Sequence record: PV467749.1
DNA from: a phage
DNA length: 64,000 bases
Strand: one strand, 5' to 3'
The position numbers and the translations under genes are program-made. This document shows, piece after piece, positions 20,942 through 30,728 of this stretch (position 1 is its first letter; each line of letters begins with the position of its first letter). Under the pieces are notes generated by a model. It was not told the DNA's origin. It saw only the letters and a program-made list of their open reading frames with translations, and made no database searches.

Positions 20942-21282
20942 AGCTTAAAACGATACCTATCTTTGGAATCAGTCTCTATACAGATTCTTCTATATTCTTT
21001 CATCTTCTGTTGGAGTTCAATAACTTCCTCTAGTGTACACAAGTACTTCTTGTCAAATATTAATGACTCTTGAAATATTTCAGCCTCACCCTGTACAGTT
21101 GTATAGTCTTTCATATTTTCTACAACTGTTCCTTTGGACTGATAATCAATTAAGCTAAAGTAAGAACCATTAAATTTAATGTACTGATCCATTTTGTGTT
21201 CATAATCACCTTTGTTAAGATTGCAATACACTTCCAGTGAAGTACTAATCTTAGGTATAAACATAGAAAAATCATATGTCAT
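20938..21282 (-). CDS. family A (FQ-motif) paralog, subgroup FDKKYLCT
   Basis: 114 aa; motif AEIFQESLIFDKKYLCT. Confidence 0.6.
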   Translation of the reverse strand: MTYDFSMFIPKISTSLEVYCNLNKGDYEHKMDQYIKFNGSYFSLIDYQSKGTVVENMKDYTTVQGEAEIFQESLIFDKKYLCTLEEVIELQQKMKEYRRICIETDSKDRYRFKL

Positions 21283-21638
21283 TATGTAATTCCTATATTG
21301 AATTTGTATTCTTGATTAATACTTACATTGGATGTATTCAAAGCAGCATACTCTTTCATTTCATTTTGTATTGTAATAACTTCTTCAAATGTACACAAGT
21401 ACTTCTTATCAAATACTAATGCAGCTTGGAATAGTTCAGCGGCATCCATTACTGTATAATCCGGCATATCTTGATGTGGATACTGTAATGAATCGTAATC
21501 AATAAATGTAAATTTACCCTGAGTGTAATGAATATACTCATTTGCACTGTGCATTAAATCACCTTTGTTTAAATTACAAAAGTACTGAAAACTGTTCTTA
21601 AAAGAATGTACTGATATTACAAAATCAAATTCCATCAC
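21282..21638 (-). CDS. family A (FQ-motif) paralog, subgroup FDKKYLCT
   Basis: 118 aa; motif AELFQAALVFDKKYLCT. Confidence 0.6.
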   Translation of the reverse strand: MMEFDFVISVHSFKNSFQYFCNLNKGDLMHSANEYIHYTQGKFTFIDYDSLQYPHQDMPDYTVMDAAELFQAALVFDKKYLCTFEEVITIQNEMKEYAALNTSNVSINQEYKFNIGIT

Positions 21639-22048
21639 TCTTCCCCTAGATTGAAATGATTACTAAAATTAGTTTCACCAGTTTTACACCATTTATCTAT
21701 ACATTCCCTGTGAATGCATTTAATTCTACGCTGGATTTCAACAATCTCTTCTAATGTACAGATGTACTTCTTGTCAAATACTAATGACTCCTGAAATAGT
21801 GCAGCATCATCCATTAAGGTATAGTCCAGCATATCGGTTGCTTTACAACTAAATCCAGTACCAAGATCCATTAAATAAAATTGTGAATTCCAGAACTTTA
21901 TAACCTTGCCCCTTGTGTAGTTTAAATCACCTTTGTACAAATTACAACACGTAATCAACTCACCCGTGTACATCCATGTCCCTATACAAAATTCATTATA
22001 TTTTATTTCCATAATAATCTCTACTGTAATTAATAAGGTAAACTCCAA
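21635..22048 (-). CDS. family A (FQ-motif) paralog, subgroup FDKKYLCT
   Basis: 137 aa; motif AALFQESLVFDKKYICT. Confidence 0.6.
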   Translation of the reverse strand: MEFTLLITVEIIMEIKYNEFCIGTWMYTGELITCCNLYKGDLNYTRGKVIKFWNSQFYLMDLGTGFSCKATDMLDYTLMDDAALFQESLVFDKKYICTLEEIVEIQRRIKCIHRECIDKWCKTGETNFSNHFNLGEE

Positions 22049-22210
22049 TATAAGGAGAACGTTTGCGGGGGCGGGGTATTTTTTGTTTCAGGAAACATGA
22101 ACTGTACTCTGTGAACACATTTTAAAACTTTATATTAAACATATACCTTAACATGTTTTTCAGCGAAAATTTTTTTGACCCCCCCAGCGGCCTGTGAAAA
22201 CGAAACGTCT

Positions 22211-22426
22211 CTATTTATTCAGCCTAGAAATCTTGATTTCTTCAATCCTTTTCATTGCACAAAGCCTTCGACTCGTCTTCTCGTATATATTCAATACTCG
22301 TTGTACTGCATTATCTGCATCTGCAATCTGAACCAAATATGTATCCTTCAAAATCGAATCCATCATGTATTCAAAACCTTTCACACTATAGCAATATACC
22401 ACTTCCGGCTCTTCAAACGTAATCAT
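22211..22426 (-). CDS. hypothetical small protein
   Basis: 71 aa ORF, minus strand. Confidence 0.4.
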   Translation of the reverse strand: MITFEEPEVVYCYSVKGFEYMMDSILKDTYLVQIADADNAVQRVLNIYEKTSRRLCAMKRIEEIKISRLNK

Positions 22427-22616
22427 AATTCCAATCCCCTATCCCATCTAACCTTCTAAGATATCTTGCGTAAATTATTTCGAAATATCTGTGCAACGAA
22501 ATTACGGATTGCTCATAATCATCATTCCTGTACATTGTGCATGTAAGAAAATCATTTAAACCGTAATCTAAACTGCACTTGAACTTCTCCTTTGCAACAT
22601 CTCTAAAATTATCCAT
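22413..22616 (-). CDS. hypothetical small protein
   Basis: 67 aa ORF, minus strand. Confidence 0.4.
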   Translation of the reverse strand: MDNFRDVAKEKFKCSLDYGLNDFLTCTMYRNDDYEQSVISLHRYFEIIYARYLRRLDGIGDWNYDYV

Positions 22617-22770
22617 AATATGTCCTCTGCACAGCGTAGGTGTACTGTGAACTCAGCACCGTTAATAGGTAATCTATGTTGTAAGCACGATTTCCTCGTT
22701 GACTAGCACGGCTAGAATAAAGAATATTATCCACATATGTATCGAACTGTTCTTCAAATAACTCTTTCAT
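22609..22770 (-). CDS. hypothetical small protein (below ORF-track cutoff)
   Basis: 53 aa ORF read by hand (MKELFEEQFDTYVDN...); its stop overlaps the ATG of 22413-22616; weak SD. Confidence 0.3.
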   Translation of the reverse strand: MKELFEEQFDTYVDNILYSSRASQRGNRAYNIDYLLTVLSSQYTYAVQRTYYG

Positions 22771-22779
22771 CAGCACCCT

Positions 22780-23334
22780 TTAGCACCCTTTAACAACTTT
22801 TGAAATGTAATCTTCTAATGCACCAATGTTCTTTGTATTCGTTCGAACTAAAAGATAACTTAAATCCTCGAACTCCTGAACATAATGCTTAACAGCGTAC
22901 ATGCATCGTAATTCAAAATCTGTATGAACCGTTTTGTACTGAAATAACATCTCTTCTGAAGCCTCTAAAAGCTCTGTGGCTTGTTCTGTACTGAACTTAA
23001 AGGGATTCTGTACTCCTGAACTAAAACACTTTTGTTCGTTCGTCTGGACACCCTGTGATAGATATAATCCTGTGCTACCATCTTGTGTTGATATCGAATT
23101 GAAACCATTACTTGCAACCATTAAATCTGAACTCAATACAAATAATAATTTATCTTCCTTATGAATTAATAAATCTGACTTCAGGGATTTTATTCCTGTA
23201 CTGGTTATATCACCTATACTAAGATTGTCACTGAACTTCTCAGCGTTGTTCGCAATGCTCTGGACAAGATTTTTTAATCTCTTAATGGCACTTCTGTCTT
23301 TTTCTAATGTATCTAATAAACTCATTGAACTCAT
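22780..23334 (-). CDS. family A (FQ-motif) paralog
   Basis: 184 aa after trimming to the ATG with an AGGAA SD; motif EEMLFQYKT. Confidence 0.5.
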   Translation of the reverse strand: MSSMSLLDTLEKDRSAIKRLKNLVQSIANNAEKFSDNLSIGDITSTGIKSLKSDLLIHKEDKLLFVLSSDLMVASNGFNSISTQDGSTGLYLSQGVQTNEQKCFSSGVQNPFKFSTEQATELLEASEEMLFQYKTVHTDFELRCMYAVKHYVQEFEDLSYLLVRTNTKNIGALEDYISKVVKGC

Positions 23335-23344
23335 TGTACTTTCC

Positions 23345-23689
23345 TTACATATTTGTACCGAACAAAACGGAACTTTGAATGCCATTAATCGACACTTCAT
23401 GTACATATATATTTTGTCTGAATACCTGAAGCAATTGAACTAAACTCTGTTGCATAATAATATGCATCGCTAAATTATCAAAGGCCGTTTCGTATTGGAA
23501 TCGTGCAGCTTCATCTTCTATGAAATTCGGAACTTGGACTGGATTTTCAAAATTTGTCCTTGTACTGAACTGTACATCATTGTCCTGTACCTTAATACCA
23601 TATGAATTATCATTGTTATCAACTACATCAAATTCAATTAAACTACCATCTTTACTGACGTTTACTATATAAACTGAAAATCTACTCAT
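23345..23689 (-). CDS. family A (FQ-motif) paralog
   Basis: 114 aa; motif AARFQYET. Confidence 0.5.
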   Translation of the reverse strand: MSRFSVYIVNVSKDGSLIEFDVVDNNDNSYGIKVQDNDVQFSTRTNFENPVQVPNFIEDEAARFQYETAFDNLAMHIIMQQSLVQLLQVFRQNIYVHEVSINGIQSSVLFGTNM

Positions 23690-24204
23690 AATCCTATTTC
23701 CTTTAAATCTTCCAAAAATGTTTCATAATCACTTAAGGAAAAAAAGATATCCGTATCGATGTTCGCATCTAATACATTATACAAATTCTGCATCTGTAAC
23801 ACATCAGGAGCATCAATCAATGATTGCTGGAAATATGCAGCTTCATCTTCTAAAATATCCCTGAATGATCTCTCTCGTACTCTGTGGTGTACTGAATTGA
23901 ATATTGATTTCTCATCCTTAAGCATTGGTAGGTATCGAATGTACATGTGTTCTCTTAGCTCTGGACTGATGGAACCCCTGAACTGTAACACGTATTCGAA
24001 GCACATAACAACATCCTGAAGGTAATTGGCACTGTAATTATTGCTGTAAACAATCTTATGACTTCTGAACTCATCATCATTTCTGAACCAATTGTCACCT
24101 ACTCTGGTGTACTTATGACTAAGCAATCCACCCTCTAACGCTTTGATGATCTTCAAAATGTTGTGTGCAAATGCATATGATGTATTGTACTTGGCCTGAT
24201 ACAT
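23686..24204 (-). CDS. family A (FQ-motif) paralog
   Basis: 172 aa after trimming to ATG at 24202-24204 (GAGG SD); motif AAYFQQSL. Confidence 0.5.
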   Translation of the reverse strand: MYQAKYNTSYAFAHNILKIIKALEGGLLSHKYTRVGDNWFRNDDEFRSHKIVYSNNYSANYLQDVVMCFEYVLQFRGSISPELREHMYIRYLPMLKDEKSIFNSVHHRVRERSFRDILEDEAAYFQQSLIDAPDVLQMQNLYNVLDANIDTDIFFSLSDYETFLEDLKEIGL

Positions 24205-24217
24205 GTGTGCCTCAACC

Positions 24218-24412
24218 TTATCTTGTGTTAAAATATTCACTGAAATGATTATAACACAAAAGCACCACGATGTTAAGCACTCTGTTGTCAAAATCATCTT
24301 GTGATGTAGGATGCAAGGACGCATTGATGTTAAAATTCACTATATCATTGTGGAATTGGTATGTGAACAAATCAAACTTCGTATGCCTTTGTTTGATATC
24401 ATAGGCGGTCAT
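24218..24412 (-). CDS. hypothetical small protein
   Basis: 64 aa ORF between two array members. Confidence 0.4.
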   Translation of the reverse strand: MTAYDIKQRHTKFDLFTYQFHNDIVNFNINASLHPTSQDDFDNRVLNIVVLLCYNHFSEYFNTR

Positions 24413-24413
24413 A

Positions 24414-25022
24414 TTATATATTCAACCCTTTAACAATGGAAATAAATTCTTTGTATACATTTTCAGGTAAAGCTCTACTACCATAAAGAACACTAAATTC
24501 AGGTAACATATCCGAAATCTCTTTCGCTAAATTTATTTCATCCCTGAACATTTGCACAGGCATGATATCCTGTACCAATGATAACTGAAAGAAAAATGAT
24601 TCAATATCTTCATGCACCTCTGAATTTAAATAAATCTCTTCTGGAAACTGGGCTGTACTGTAATAATAAAATACGTCAATTCTTTTTTCATTATTTTGTA
24701 CAAGAGGTAAATTTCTTTCGTCTCTCTTATTAATATTTGTTTTCCATGACTCAATGTTATTCGGAACCCAAAACTCATAAGGTGTCTTCTCTCCTGAAAT
24801 ATTATCCAGCTTCAATCCATAATATTCACTTTCGCCGTACTTTTGCTTCAAAACAATACCTGTACTACTAATGTTTACAATGTACGTATCAACAATCCCT
24901 TCTGTGGTAAAAGGAATATTTAACTCTGAACCTTCAGGGTACTTAGCATTGAATGCATCTAATGCTTTACTTAGCACTGGAATTGCACTTGTACTGTACT
25001 TCATTAATTGGTCTATGTTCAT
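24414..25022 (-). CDS. family A (FQ-motif) paralog
   Basis: 202 aa; motif ESFFFQLSL. Confidence 0.55.
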   Translation of the reverse strand: MNIDQLMKYSTSAIPVLSKALDAFNAKYPEGSELNIPFTTEGIVDTYIVNISSTGIVLKQKYGESEYYGLKLDNISGEKTPYEFWVPNNIESWKTNINKRDERNLPLVQNNEKRIDVFYYYSTAQFPEEIYLNSEVHEDIESFFFQLSLVQDIMPVQMFRDEINLAKEISDMLPEFSVLYGSRALPENVYKEFISIVKGLNI

Positions 25023-25603
25023 TTTAATTCCCCTGTAATCATACTGATATTTGAACGATACATATCGTACACTGTACTTTCTTTCTTGTGCACAATGAAA
25101 TCATAAAGATCAACAAATGCAGGAATAATAATCTTGAATGATTTATTTGGGTACGTCCCAAAATCAACTGTACTCAATTTTGCAACGAGCATAACAACAA
25201 AGATTTCTTCTGGACTATGCAATGTACTGTACTGAAAATATTCCTCAGCACTCATGGCACTTATTGCATTTATATCTTGTGTTTGTAATGTAATATTAAG
25301 ATATTCAAAAATAGAATAAAACTCTGATTTTGTTTGTATTTTGTATTTGTCAATTGGGGTATCTCTCATGAACCATAAACGGTCCTGACCATAAAAAGGA
25401 ATGATTGAATTTGGGGAACCCAAAAAAACTTCTTCTCTATCAATATCCTTTAACTCAATTTGCATACCGGATGAATTGGCAATAATTAATTCATTAAAAA
25501 TGTAATGAACCTTGTGTACAATCTCTTGTACTGAATTGAAATCATCTGGTATTTTAAAATTTTCCATAGGTATCTCCTTAAAAATGATTACACATTGTAC
25601 CAT
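25019..25603 (-). CDS. family A (FQ-motif) paralog
   Basis: 194 aa; motif AEEYFQYST. Confidence 0.55.
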   Translation of the reverse strand: MVQCVIIFKEIPMENFKIPDDFNSVQEIVHKVHYIFNELIIANSSGMQIELKDIDREEVFLGSPNSIIPFYGQDRLWFMRDTPIDKYKIQTKSEFYSIFEYLNITLQTQDINAISAMSAEEYFQYSTLHSPEEIFVVMLVAKLSTVDFGTYPNKSFKIIIPAFVDLYDFIVHKKESTVYDMYRSNISMITGELK

Positions 25604-25640
25604 GCATTTGTACTCGTGTCAAACAAAAAAAGCCCATATC

Positions 25641-26138
25641 TTACGATACAGGCATGTTTATTTGAATTTCATTGTACAAATCATCAATATATAGACATGA
25701 AAACGATAAACTTTCTTTAACTATATTGTTGTGATAAAGCATTTTAAACACTATATAGAAAAATAAATCAATATCATCATGAACTAAATTCTGCTGGAAC
25801 CACCACTCTTCTGTTAAATCTTGTGCATTAAAATCATCAGGAACTTCAATTGACGACATATCAGCATCTTCTTTGTACTCAAACCACATGTCGTCATTTG
25901 GAAAACGTTCATGCTTCTCTGGGTAACAATTGCTGGGATTAAATGCTAAAATATAAAATACCGTCGCAGAATGTTCTTTATTAAAAAATGAATTATTCCA
26001 CACCTGATACCTTTCACCAACATCAAGCTCTTTTGATACTGATGTTATTGCACATAATGTACGATATATTGTTTCTATTTTGTGAACAAATTTAAAGGCT
26101 GCATCTAAACTAAACTCTAAATCAGACATGCGGTGCAT
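25641..26138 (-). CDS. family A (FQ-motif) paralog
   Basis: 165 aa; motif EEWWFQQNL. Confidence 0.55.
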   Translation of the reverse strand: MHRMSDLEFSLDAAFKFVHKIETIYRTLCAITSVSKELDVGERYQVWNNSFFNKEHSATVFYILAFNPSNCYPEKHERFPNDDMWFEYKEDADMSSIEVPDDFNAQDLTEEWWFQQNLVHDDIDLFFYIVFKMLYHNNIVKESLSFSCLYIDDLYNEIQINMPVS

Positions 26139-26458
26139 AAAATTACCTCAACTAAAATAAGAACGGTATTGAATTCGAGGCAACCTTTGATACCTTGATT
26201 GTACATGTACTTTGCTACTACATATTTCTGTACTAAATTATAATTATTAAATTCCTCAAAATTGTAATTTAGAATGAAATTTGTACTCAAAAATAACTTA
26301 TGCATCTCTAATGCACTCTGATAATATTTGTACAACTCACTGATATCAATACTTTGTAAATCACTTTGTTCATATGTATGATAAGGAATGGCGTCAATAT
26401 CAATATTATTAAACCATTCTCTTAACTTATTAATATCAAATGTATTATTCAGCTTCAT
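26117..26458 (-). CDS. hypothetical protein
   Basis: 113 aa; no clear FQ motif. Confidence 0.45.
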   Translation of the reverse strand: MKLNNTFDINKLREWFNNIDIDAIPYHTYEQSDLQSIDISELYKYYQSALEMHKLFLSTNFILNYNFEEFNNYNLVQKYVVAKYMYNQGIKGCLEFNTVLILVEVILCTACLI

Positions 26459-27023
26459 AACTCAATACCTCCATTAAGCACTCATAAACACCATCAATCG
26501 CATAAGCACAAAAACTGAAATTAATTTTGTTATTCTTGTGTAATGGACTATCGTGTACTGTACTCAACATAACACTATAAAACAAAGAACGTTCATGTGT
26601 AAATAATGATTCCTGAAAAAATGCTTCCTCTGATTTAATTTTATTATATTCAATCGATTGATCATTAGAATAAAATGAATCTTGATTTGAATTGTACCAT
26701 GTGTAATCCAAATCATTCTTTGATATAACTGGTGTTGGATTAAACTGTAAAAGACTAATAACACTACGGGCATTTGGGGTATCAGGTGTATTGAATCGTT
26801 TATCAAAATGACTCGTGCACGCAATATGTGAATCAAAATCAGATGGTTTAAACCCCATGAATGCGTTAATGATTCTTGTATATGGTTTTTTATTATGTGC
26901 TGCTTTCTGTACATTATATAAGGCTGCAACAATACAAGCTAACTTTTGTCCCATAAGGATTGCATTAGCGTAGGTGTACTGAATTTCATTGTACTCATTG
27001 CTTTCATTGTACTTCGAGATCAT
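26445..27023 (-). CDS. family A (FQ-motif) paralog
   Basis: 192 aa; motif EEAFFQESL. Confidence 0.55.
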   Translation of the reverse strand: MISKYNESNEYNEIQYTYANAILMGQKLACIVAALYNVQKAAHNKKPYTRIINAFMGFKPSDFDSHIACTSHFDKRFNTPDTPNARSVISLLQFNPTPVISKNDLDYTWYNSNQDSFYSNDQSIEYNKIKSEEAFFQESLFTHERSLFYSVMLSTVHDSPLHKNNKINFSFCAYAIDGVYECLMEVLSYEAE

Positions 27024-27345
27024 GGAACAGCCTCACTTTGCCTAACTCGTCATTGGATATAAATTCGTTAACAGCTTTCTGTATATTCCTTAATAATAGC
27101 ACATCAAATCCTTTTGTGTCAAGCACACATTGCATTTGGAAGAATTCTTCTTCTGATAATGTATTAAAATCCACAAAATTGTCTAATATTACGTCATTAT
27201 CCAAATGTGCCATGTGCCATGTATTTCTTTCGGAGCGTTTAATAAAATTCCATCCATCTGGATAATCGGGTTCTAATTCTACATATATCCCCGATACTGT
27301 ATAAAGCATTTTATATATCATAACTATTGTACTCATTGCTTTCAC
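27004..27345 (-). CDS. family A (FQ-motif) paralog
   Basis: 113 aa; motif LSEEEFFQMQC; close copy of 27342-27653. Confidence 0.6.
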   Translation of the reverse strand: MKAMSTIVMIYKMLYTVSGIYVELEPDYPDGWNFIKRSERNTWHMAHLDNDVILDNFVDFNTLSEEEFFQMQCVLDTKGFDVLLLRNIQKAVNEFISNDELGKVRLFHDLEVQ

Positions 27346-27653
27346 TGTACGTCGATGTCATAATACGCTCCTACCTCATAATCTTTCTTGCTTTGGAATT
27401 CATTAACGACTTTCTGTATATTTCTTAATGTTACCATGTCATGTCCGTACATGTCAACCACCAATTGCATTTGGAAAAATTCTTCTTCAGATAATGTATT
27501 AAAATCTATAAAATAATCCGTAACAACATGTTCGTCTAAATTTGCCATGTACCATTGATTGGTATCGACCTCTTTAACCAAATTCCATGCATCTGGATCG
27601 GATTCTAATTCTACATATATTAATGTTAATGTATACAGCATTTTATACTTCAT
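27342..27653 (-). CDS. family A (FQ-motif) paralog
   Basis: 103 aa; motif LSEEEFFQMQL. Confidence 0.6.
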   Translation of the reverse strand: MKYKMLYTLTLIYVELESDPDAWNLVKEVDTNQWYMANLDEHVVTDYFIDFNTLSEEEFFQMQLVVDMYGHDMVTLRNIQKVVNEFQSKKDYEVGAYYDIDVQ

Positions 27654-28203
27654 AACTATATCCTTGCATTAAAAGAACATAAGCAATATCAACTAATTCT
27701 AAACGAATGAAAAATTTTAAATTATCTTTCAATAGATTCAAATGCATTATACTAAACAACATAAGATACTTCATTTGATTTGTATTGTATATTAGGGATG
27801 TCTGAAATACTTCTGCTTCATTGTAAGGATCAATAAATTTTATACCTTCTTCACTGTAATCCGTTTTGGAATTCTGATATATAAAATAATCATCACCAGC
27901 ATTGTACCACAAATAACCTTCAAAACTAGAATCAAATTCTGAATTTTCATTTCGCATTAAAGGTGATACTGAAATTGGATTTGAACCAACTGTTGCACAA
28001 ACCTCAATGTAAGCATCTTCACTTCCCTTAACTTCCTCTTTGATTTTATCATTGTACTGTCCTGCAAAACCAGCTTTTACTTCCAAATATAAACTACTCC
28101 CAACTTTATTAATTCTTAAAAGGGAACTCTGTACTGTATTCGCATTGTTCAGCACTAACGATATTGTGCAAATCTTATGTACCAATAACTCAATATCATT
28201 CAT
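27643..28203 (-). CDS. family A (FQ-motif) paralog
   Basis: 186 aa; motif AEVFQTSL. Confidence 0.55.
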   Translation of the reverse strand: MNDIELLVHKICTISLVLNNANTVQSSLLRINKVGSSLYLEVKAGFAGQYNDKIKEEVKGSEDAYIEVCATVGSNPISVSPLMRNENSEFDSSFEGYLWYNAGDDYFIYQNSKTDYSEEGIKFIDPYNEAEVFQTSLIYNTNQMKYLMLFSIMHLNLLKDNLKFFIRLELVDIAYVLLMQGYSYEV

Positions 28204-28214
28204 ATTGGTATTCC

Positions 28215-28397
28215 TTAATTTGGTGGATTTGGATGTAATAAACGATCTTGATAATTTAAATGCTCTTGTAATATTGCACTAAGATAATAACTAAAATCAT
28301 TAATTCCACCCTTTAAATGTATATTGTAATACATCTTAATGCTTGTAATCAATGAATTATTTAAATCATCAAATGTTCTTGCTTCATATGATTTCAT
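28215..28397 (-). CDS. hypothetical small protein
   Basis: 60 aa ORF. Confidence 0.35.
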   Translation of the reverse strand: MKSYEARTFDDLNNSLITSIKMYYNIHLKGGINDFSYYLSAILQEHLNYQDRLLHPNPPN

Positions 28398-28536
28398 TAA
28401 AATTCTTCCCTCAAATAACGCTTAATGGCACAATCTAAATAAAAATCATAATACATCATATCTCTATTCTTAACCCATACACAATAATCTGCATTAATAT
28501 TTCTTAATAATATATTCATATTATAATCTTCACACC

Positions 28537-28947
28537 CTAATCGTGCCATTTAATAGGATACTCCGTTCCATTTATTGTATAAGATATAATCCATCCGTAA
28601 TGAATAGGATGATTTTTGTCTGAAACAGGAATAAAATATAAAGATGTACTAGGATTATAACTGAATAAATCGTTGTTACCAATTGTAAAATGTGATAACT
28701 CAATCTTCCTTGTACCTGTACTTGGACGAAGAACATTCTTAACACCGAAGACTGTACCTTGATATTTCTCGGAAAATTCAAACAATGCATCTGCAATTAA
28801 ATCACGAAACTCCGCATGTATGGTTTCAAAAAAATCTATATTACACGATGTTTTAATATCCTTGAACTCCTTATATAAAGAGCTTCTTGTATTCAAAAGA
28901 AATATTACTTTTTTAAGATCCTGAACTATTTCTGGATTCATATTCAT
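28537..28947 (-). CDS. hypothetical protein
   Basis: 136 aa; no family motif. Confidence 0.5.
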   Translation of the reverse strand: MNMNPEIVQDLKKVIFLLNTRSSLYKEFKDIKTSCNIDFFETIHAEFRDLIADALFEFSEKYQGTVFGVKNVLRPSTGTRKIELSHFTIGNNDLFSYNPSTSLYFIPVSDKNHPIHYGWIISYTINGTEYPIKWHD

Positions 28948-29188
28948 TTATCTCATTCTGTAACTTAAGCATCAAAATTTGCATATTAATTTTTTGTACA
29001 AGATGATTGAGAAATTTCTGTACTGTATCTTCTTGTTCTTTTGTACCAAGATAAAATAACATATTAAATTCAGATAATCTCAGAGCGAAATCTTCCTCTC
29101 CCCCTAGTAAACAAAAATCCCTGTACTTTGAAGCATACAAATAAGCATCTATCTTTTTATAATTCACTGTACTTCCTTTCATATGCAT
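28913..29188 (-). CDS. family B (LGTNYQE-motif) small protein, outlier copy
   Basis: 91 aa; motif YLGTKEQEDTV; start probably a downstream ATG. Confidence 0.5.
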   Translation of the reverse strand: MHMKGSTVNYKKIDAYLYASKYRDFCLLGGEEDFALRLSEFNMLFYLGTKEQEDTVQKFLNHLVQKINMQILMLKLQNEINEYESRNSSGS

Positions 29189-29199
29189 TAGGTATCTCC

Positions 29200-29511
29200 T
29201 TATATATTGACATGTTTTGTTATCCCTGCTGTACCTTGTATTAAATTATCATACATATCGAGCATCACTTTTTGAATACTAATTAATACTGGCATCGTGC
29301 AAATATCAATGTCGTATATTAAGCTGTACTGGAATAATTCCTCTTCCTGCATTTGTACTAAATTAGGTAAAAGATAATTGTCTGCCTCTTCATCCTGGTA
29401 CTTGAAATGCATAACACCATCCTTTTTGTACAAAAGAATGTCAATATCACCTAACTCTTCTGCATAACCAAAAATACATATACTCGATGTTTTTGCTATA
29501 TTAAATTTCAT
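29200..29511 (-). CDS. family A (FQ-motif) paralog
   Basis: 103 aa; motif EEELFQYSL. Confidence 0.55.
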   Translation of the reverse strand: MKFNIAKTSSICIFGYAEELGDIDILLYKKDGVMHFKYQDEEADNYLLPNLVQMQEEELFQYSLIYDIDICTMPVLISIQKVMLDMYDNLIQGTAGITKHVNI

Positions 29512-29520
29512 ATTCTTCTC

Positions 29521-29871
29521 TTATATGTAGAATTCACATACGCGTTGAACAAAATTCTTTGGAAGATGACAATGTGCAATCATCTGCTTTTGTACTTCCT
29601 TCATGTCTTCGAATGTAAATCCTAAAGAATCATCATGTACTAACAAGTACTGAAACTCTTCTTCTTCAGAGATAGAACATAAATTCGGTACTGAAATTGT
29701 TTTTGCTTTTCTTGCACCCAATTTCCAATGAAAAGAATTATTGCATTTTCTGTACTCAAATATCTTCAACCCAGAACCTGTATTAAAATCAGCTACTACA
29801 ATGTAACATGAATTCTTACGTACAATACAATTGAACTTACGCATTATCTCCACCTCTCTCCGTCTGTACAA
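29521..29871 (-). CDS. family A (FQ-motif) paralog
   Basis: 116 aa; motif EEEEFQYLL. Confidence 0.55.
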   Translation of the reverse strand: MYRRREVEIMRKFNCIVRKNSCYIVVADFNTGSGLKIFEYRKCNNSFHWKLGARKAKTISVPNLCSISEEEEFQYLLVHDDSLGFTFEDMKEVQKQMIAHCHLPKNFVQRVCEFYI

Positions 29872-30089
29872 GAGTACTGGTACGTTGTCGTTAGGGTAGG
29901 GACCATGTTTGTAATGGGCATATTATTAACAATAACGGTAACAGGCATAAGAATCGTCTCTTCTCTACTCTGTCCTGTCCTTGTGCAATTCATCTTTTGC
30001 ATTTCATCGGACTCCATGAAATACAATACAAATGGTGCAATCCCAAGAACAATACACAAGACGATAAGGAAATTTAAAAAATTCAACAT
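29844..30089 (-). CDS. small membrane protein
   Basis: 81 aa; hydrophobic N-terminal stretch FLIVLCIVLGIAPFVLYF; own promoter upstream. Confidence 0.45.
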   Translation of the reverse strand: MLNFLNFLIVLCIVLGIAPFVLYFMESDEMQKMNCTRTGQSREETILMPVTVIVNNMPITNMVPTLTTTYQYSCTDGERWR

Positions 30090-30118
30090 AATTTTTACCC
30101 CATGATTAACGTACAGGT

Positions 30119-30147
30119 ACTATATCAGTAATGAAAAGTACTGTCAA
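30119..30147 (-). promoter_or_regulatory. sigma70-like promoter
   Basis: Minus-strand TTGACA, 17 bp spacer, TATAGT, upstream of 29844-30089. Confidence 0.45.
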
Positions 30148-30153
30148 GTACTG

Positions 30154-30369
30154 TCATTTGCATTTGGACTTTATTTGACACATCAACCCCCAAATTAAAT
30201 ATCGAACACTATCAGCTTGATAGTTTGTTCCTACTGTGTGTTTTAAGATTAACTCATCTTTCAGTACTGAACATTCTGCATTAGATATAGGAAGAGAATT
30301 AATTCTTTTAATTTCTGGTTGTAAAGTCCTGATAAGATTGGTGTAATCTTTGTATGATAATCTTTTCAT
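30154..30369 (-). CDS. family B (LGTNYQE-motif) small protein
   Basis: 71 aa; motif VGTNYQADSV. Confidence 0.5.
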   Translation of the reverse strand: MKRLSYKDYTNLIRTLQPEIKRINSLPISNAECSVLKDELILKHTVGTNYQADSVRYLIWGLMCQIKSKCK

Positions 30370-30372
30370 TGT

Positions 30373-30714
30373 TCAGTACTCAACGATGTGTTCTTCATAA
30401 CCATTAAACTCCGGTTTAGTTTCTTTCATTAGGACTACCATTTTATGTACTAATGGCATAGGAAATTCTAAATCCCATACTAATGATTCTTGAAAGTATT
30501 CTTCTTCAGATAAAGTACTTAAATCTTTAATATCAACGTGCTTGTATATTTTATTTTCGTAATTAAGAAATGATATATATAAATCATTAACATAAGAATC
30601 ATAAGTAATTGTGAATGGCTTACCCTTGTAGTCCATTACATCTTTACATAGACTGCATTTGATATATGTATGTTCTTCTGAACTGTATACATTGAGTTGT
30701 ATATTAGTTTTCAT
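30373..30714 (-). CDS. family A (FQ-motif) paralog
   Basis: 113 aa; motif DLSTLSEEEYFQESLVWDLEFPMPLVHKM, near-identical to next gene. Confidence 0.6.
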   Translation of the reverse strand: MKTNIQLNVYSSEEHTYIKCSLCKDVMDYKGKPFTITYDSYVNDLYISFLNYENKIYKHVDIKDLSTLSEEEYFQESLVWDLEFPMPLVHKMVVLMKETKPEFNGYEEHIVEY

Positions 30715-30728
30715 AGTTACCTTATATA

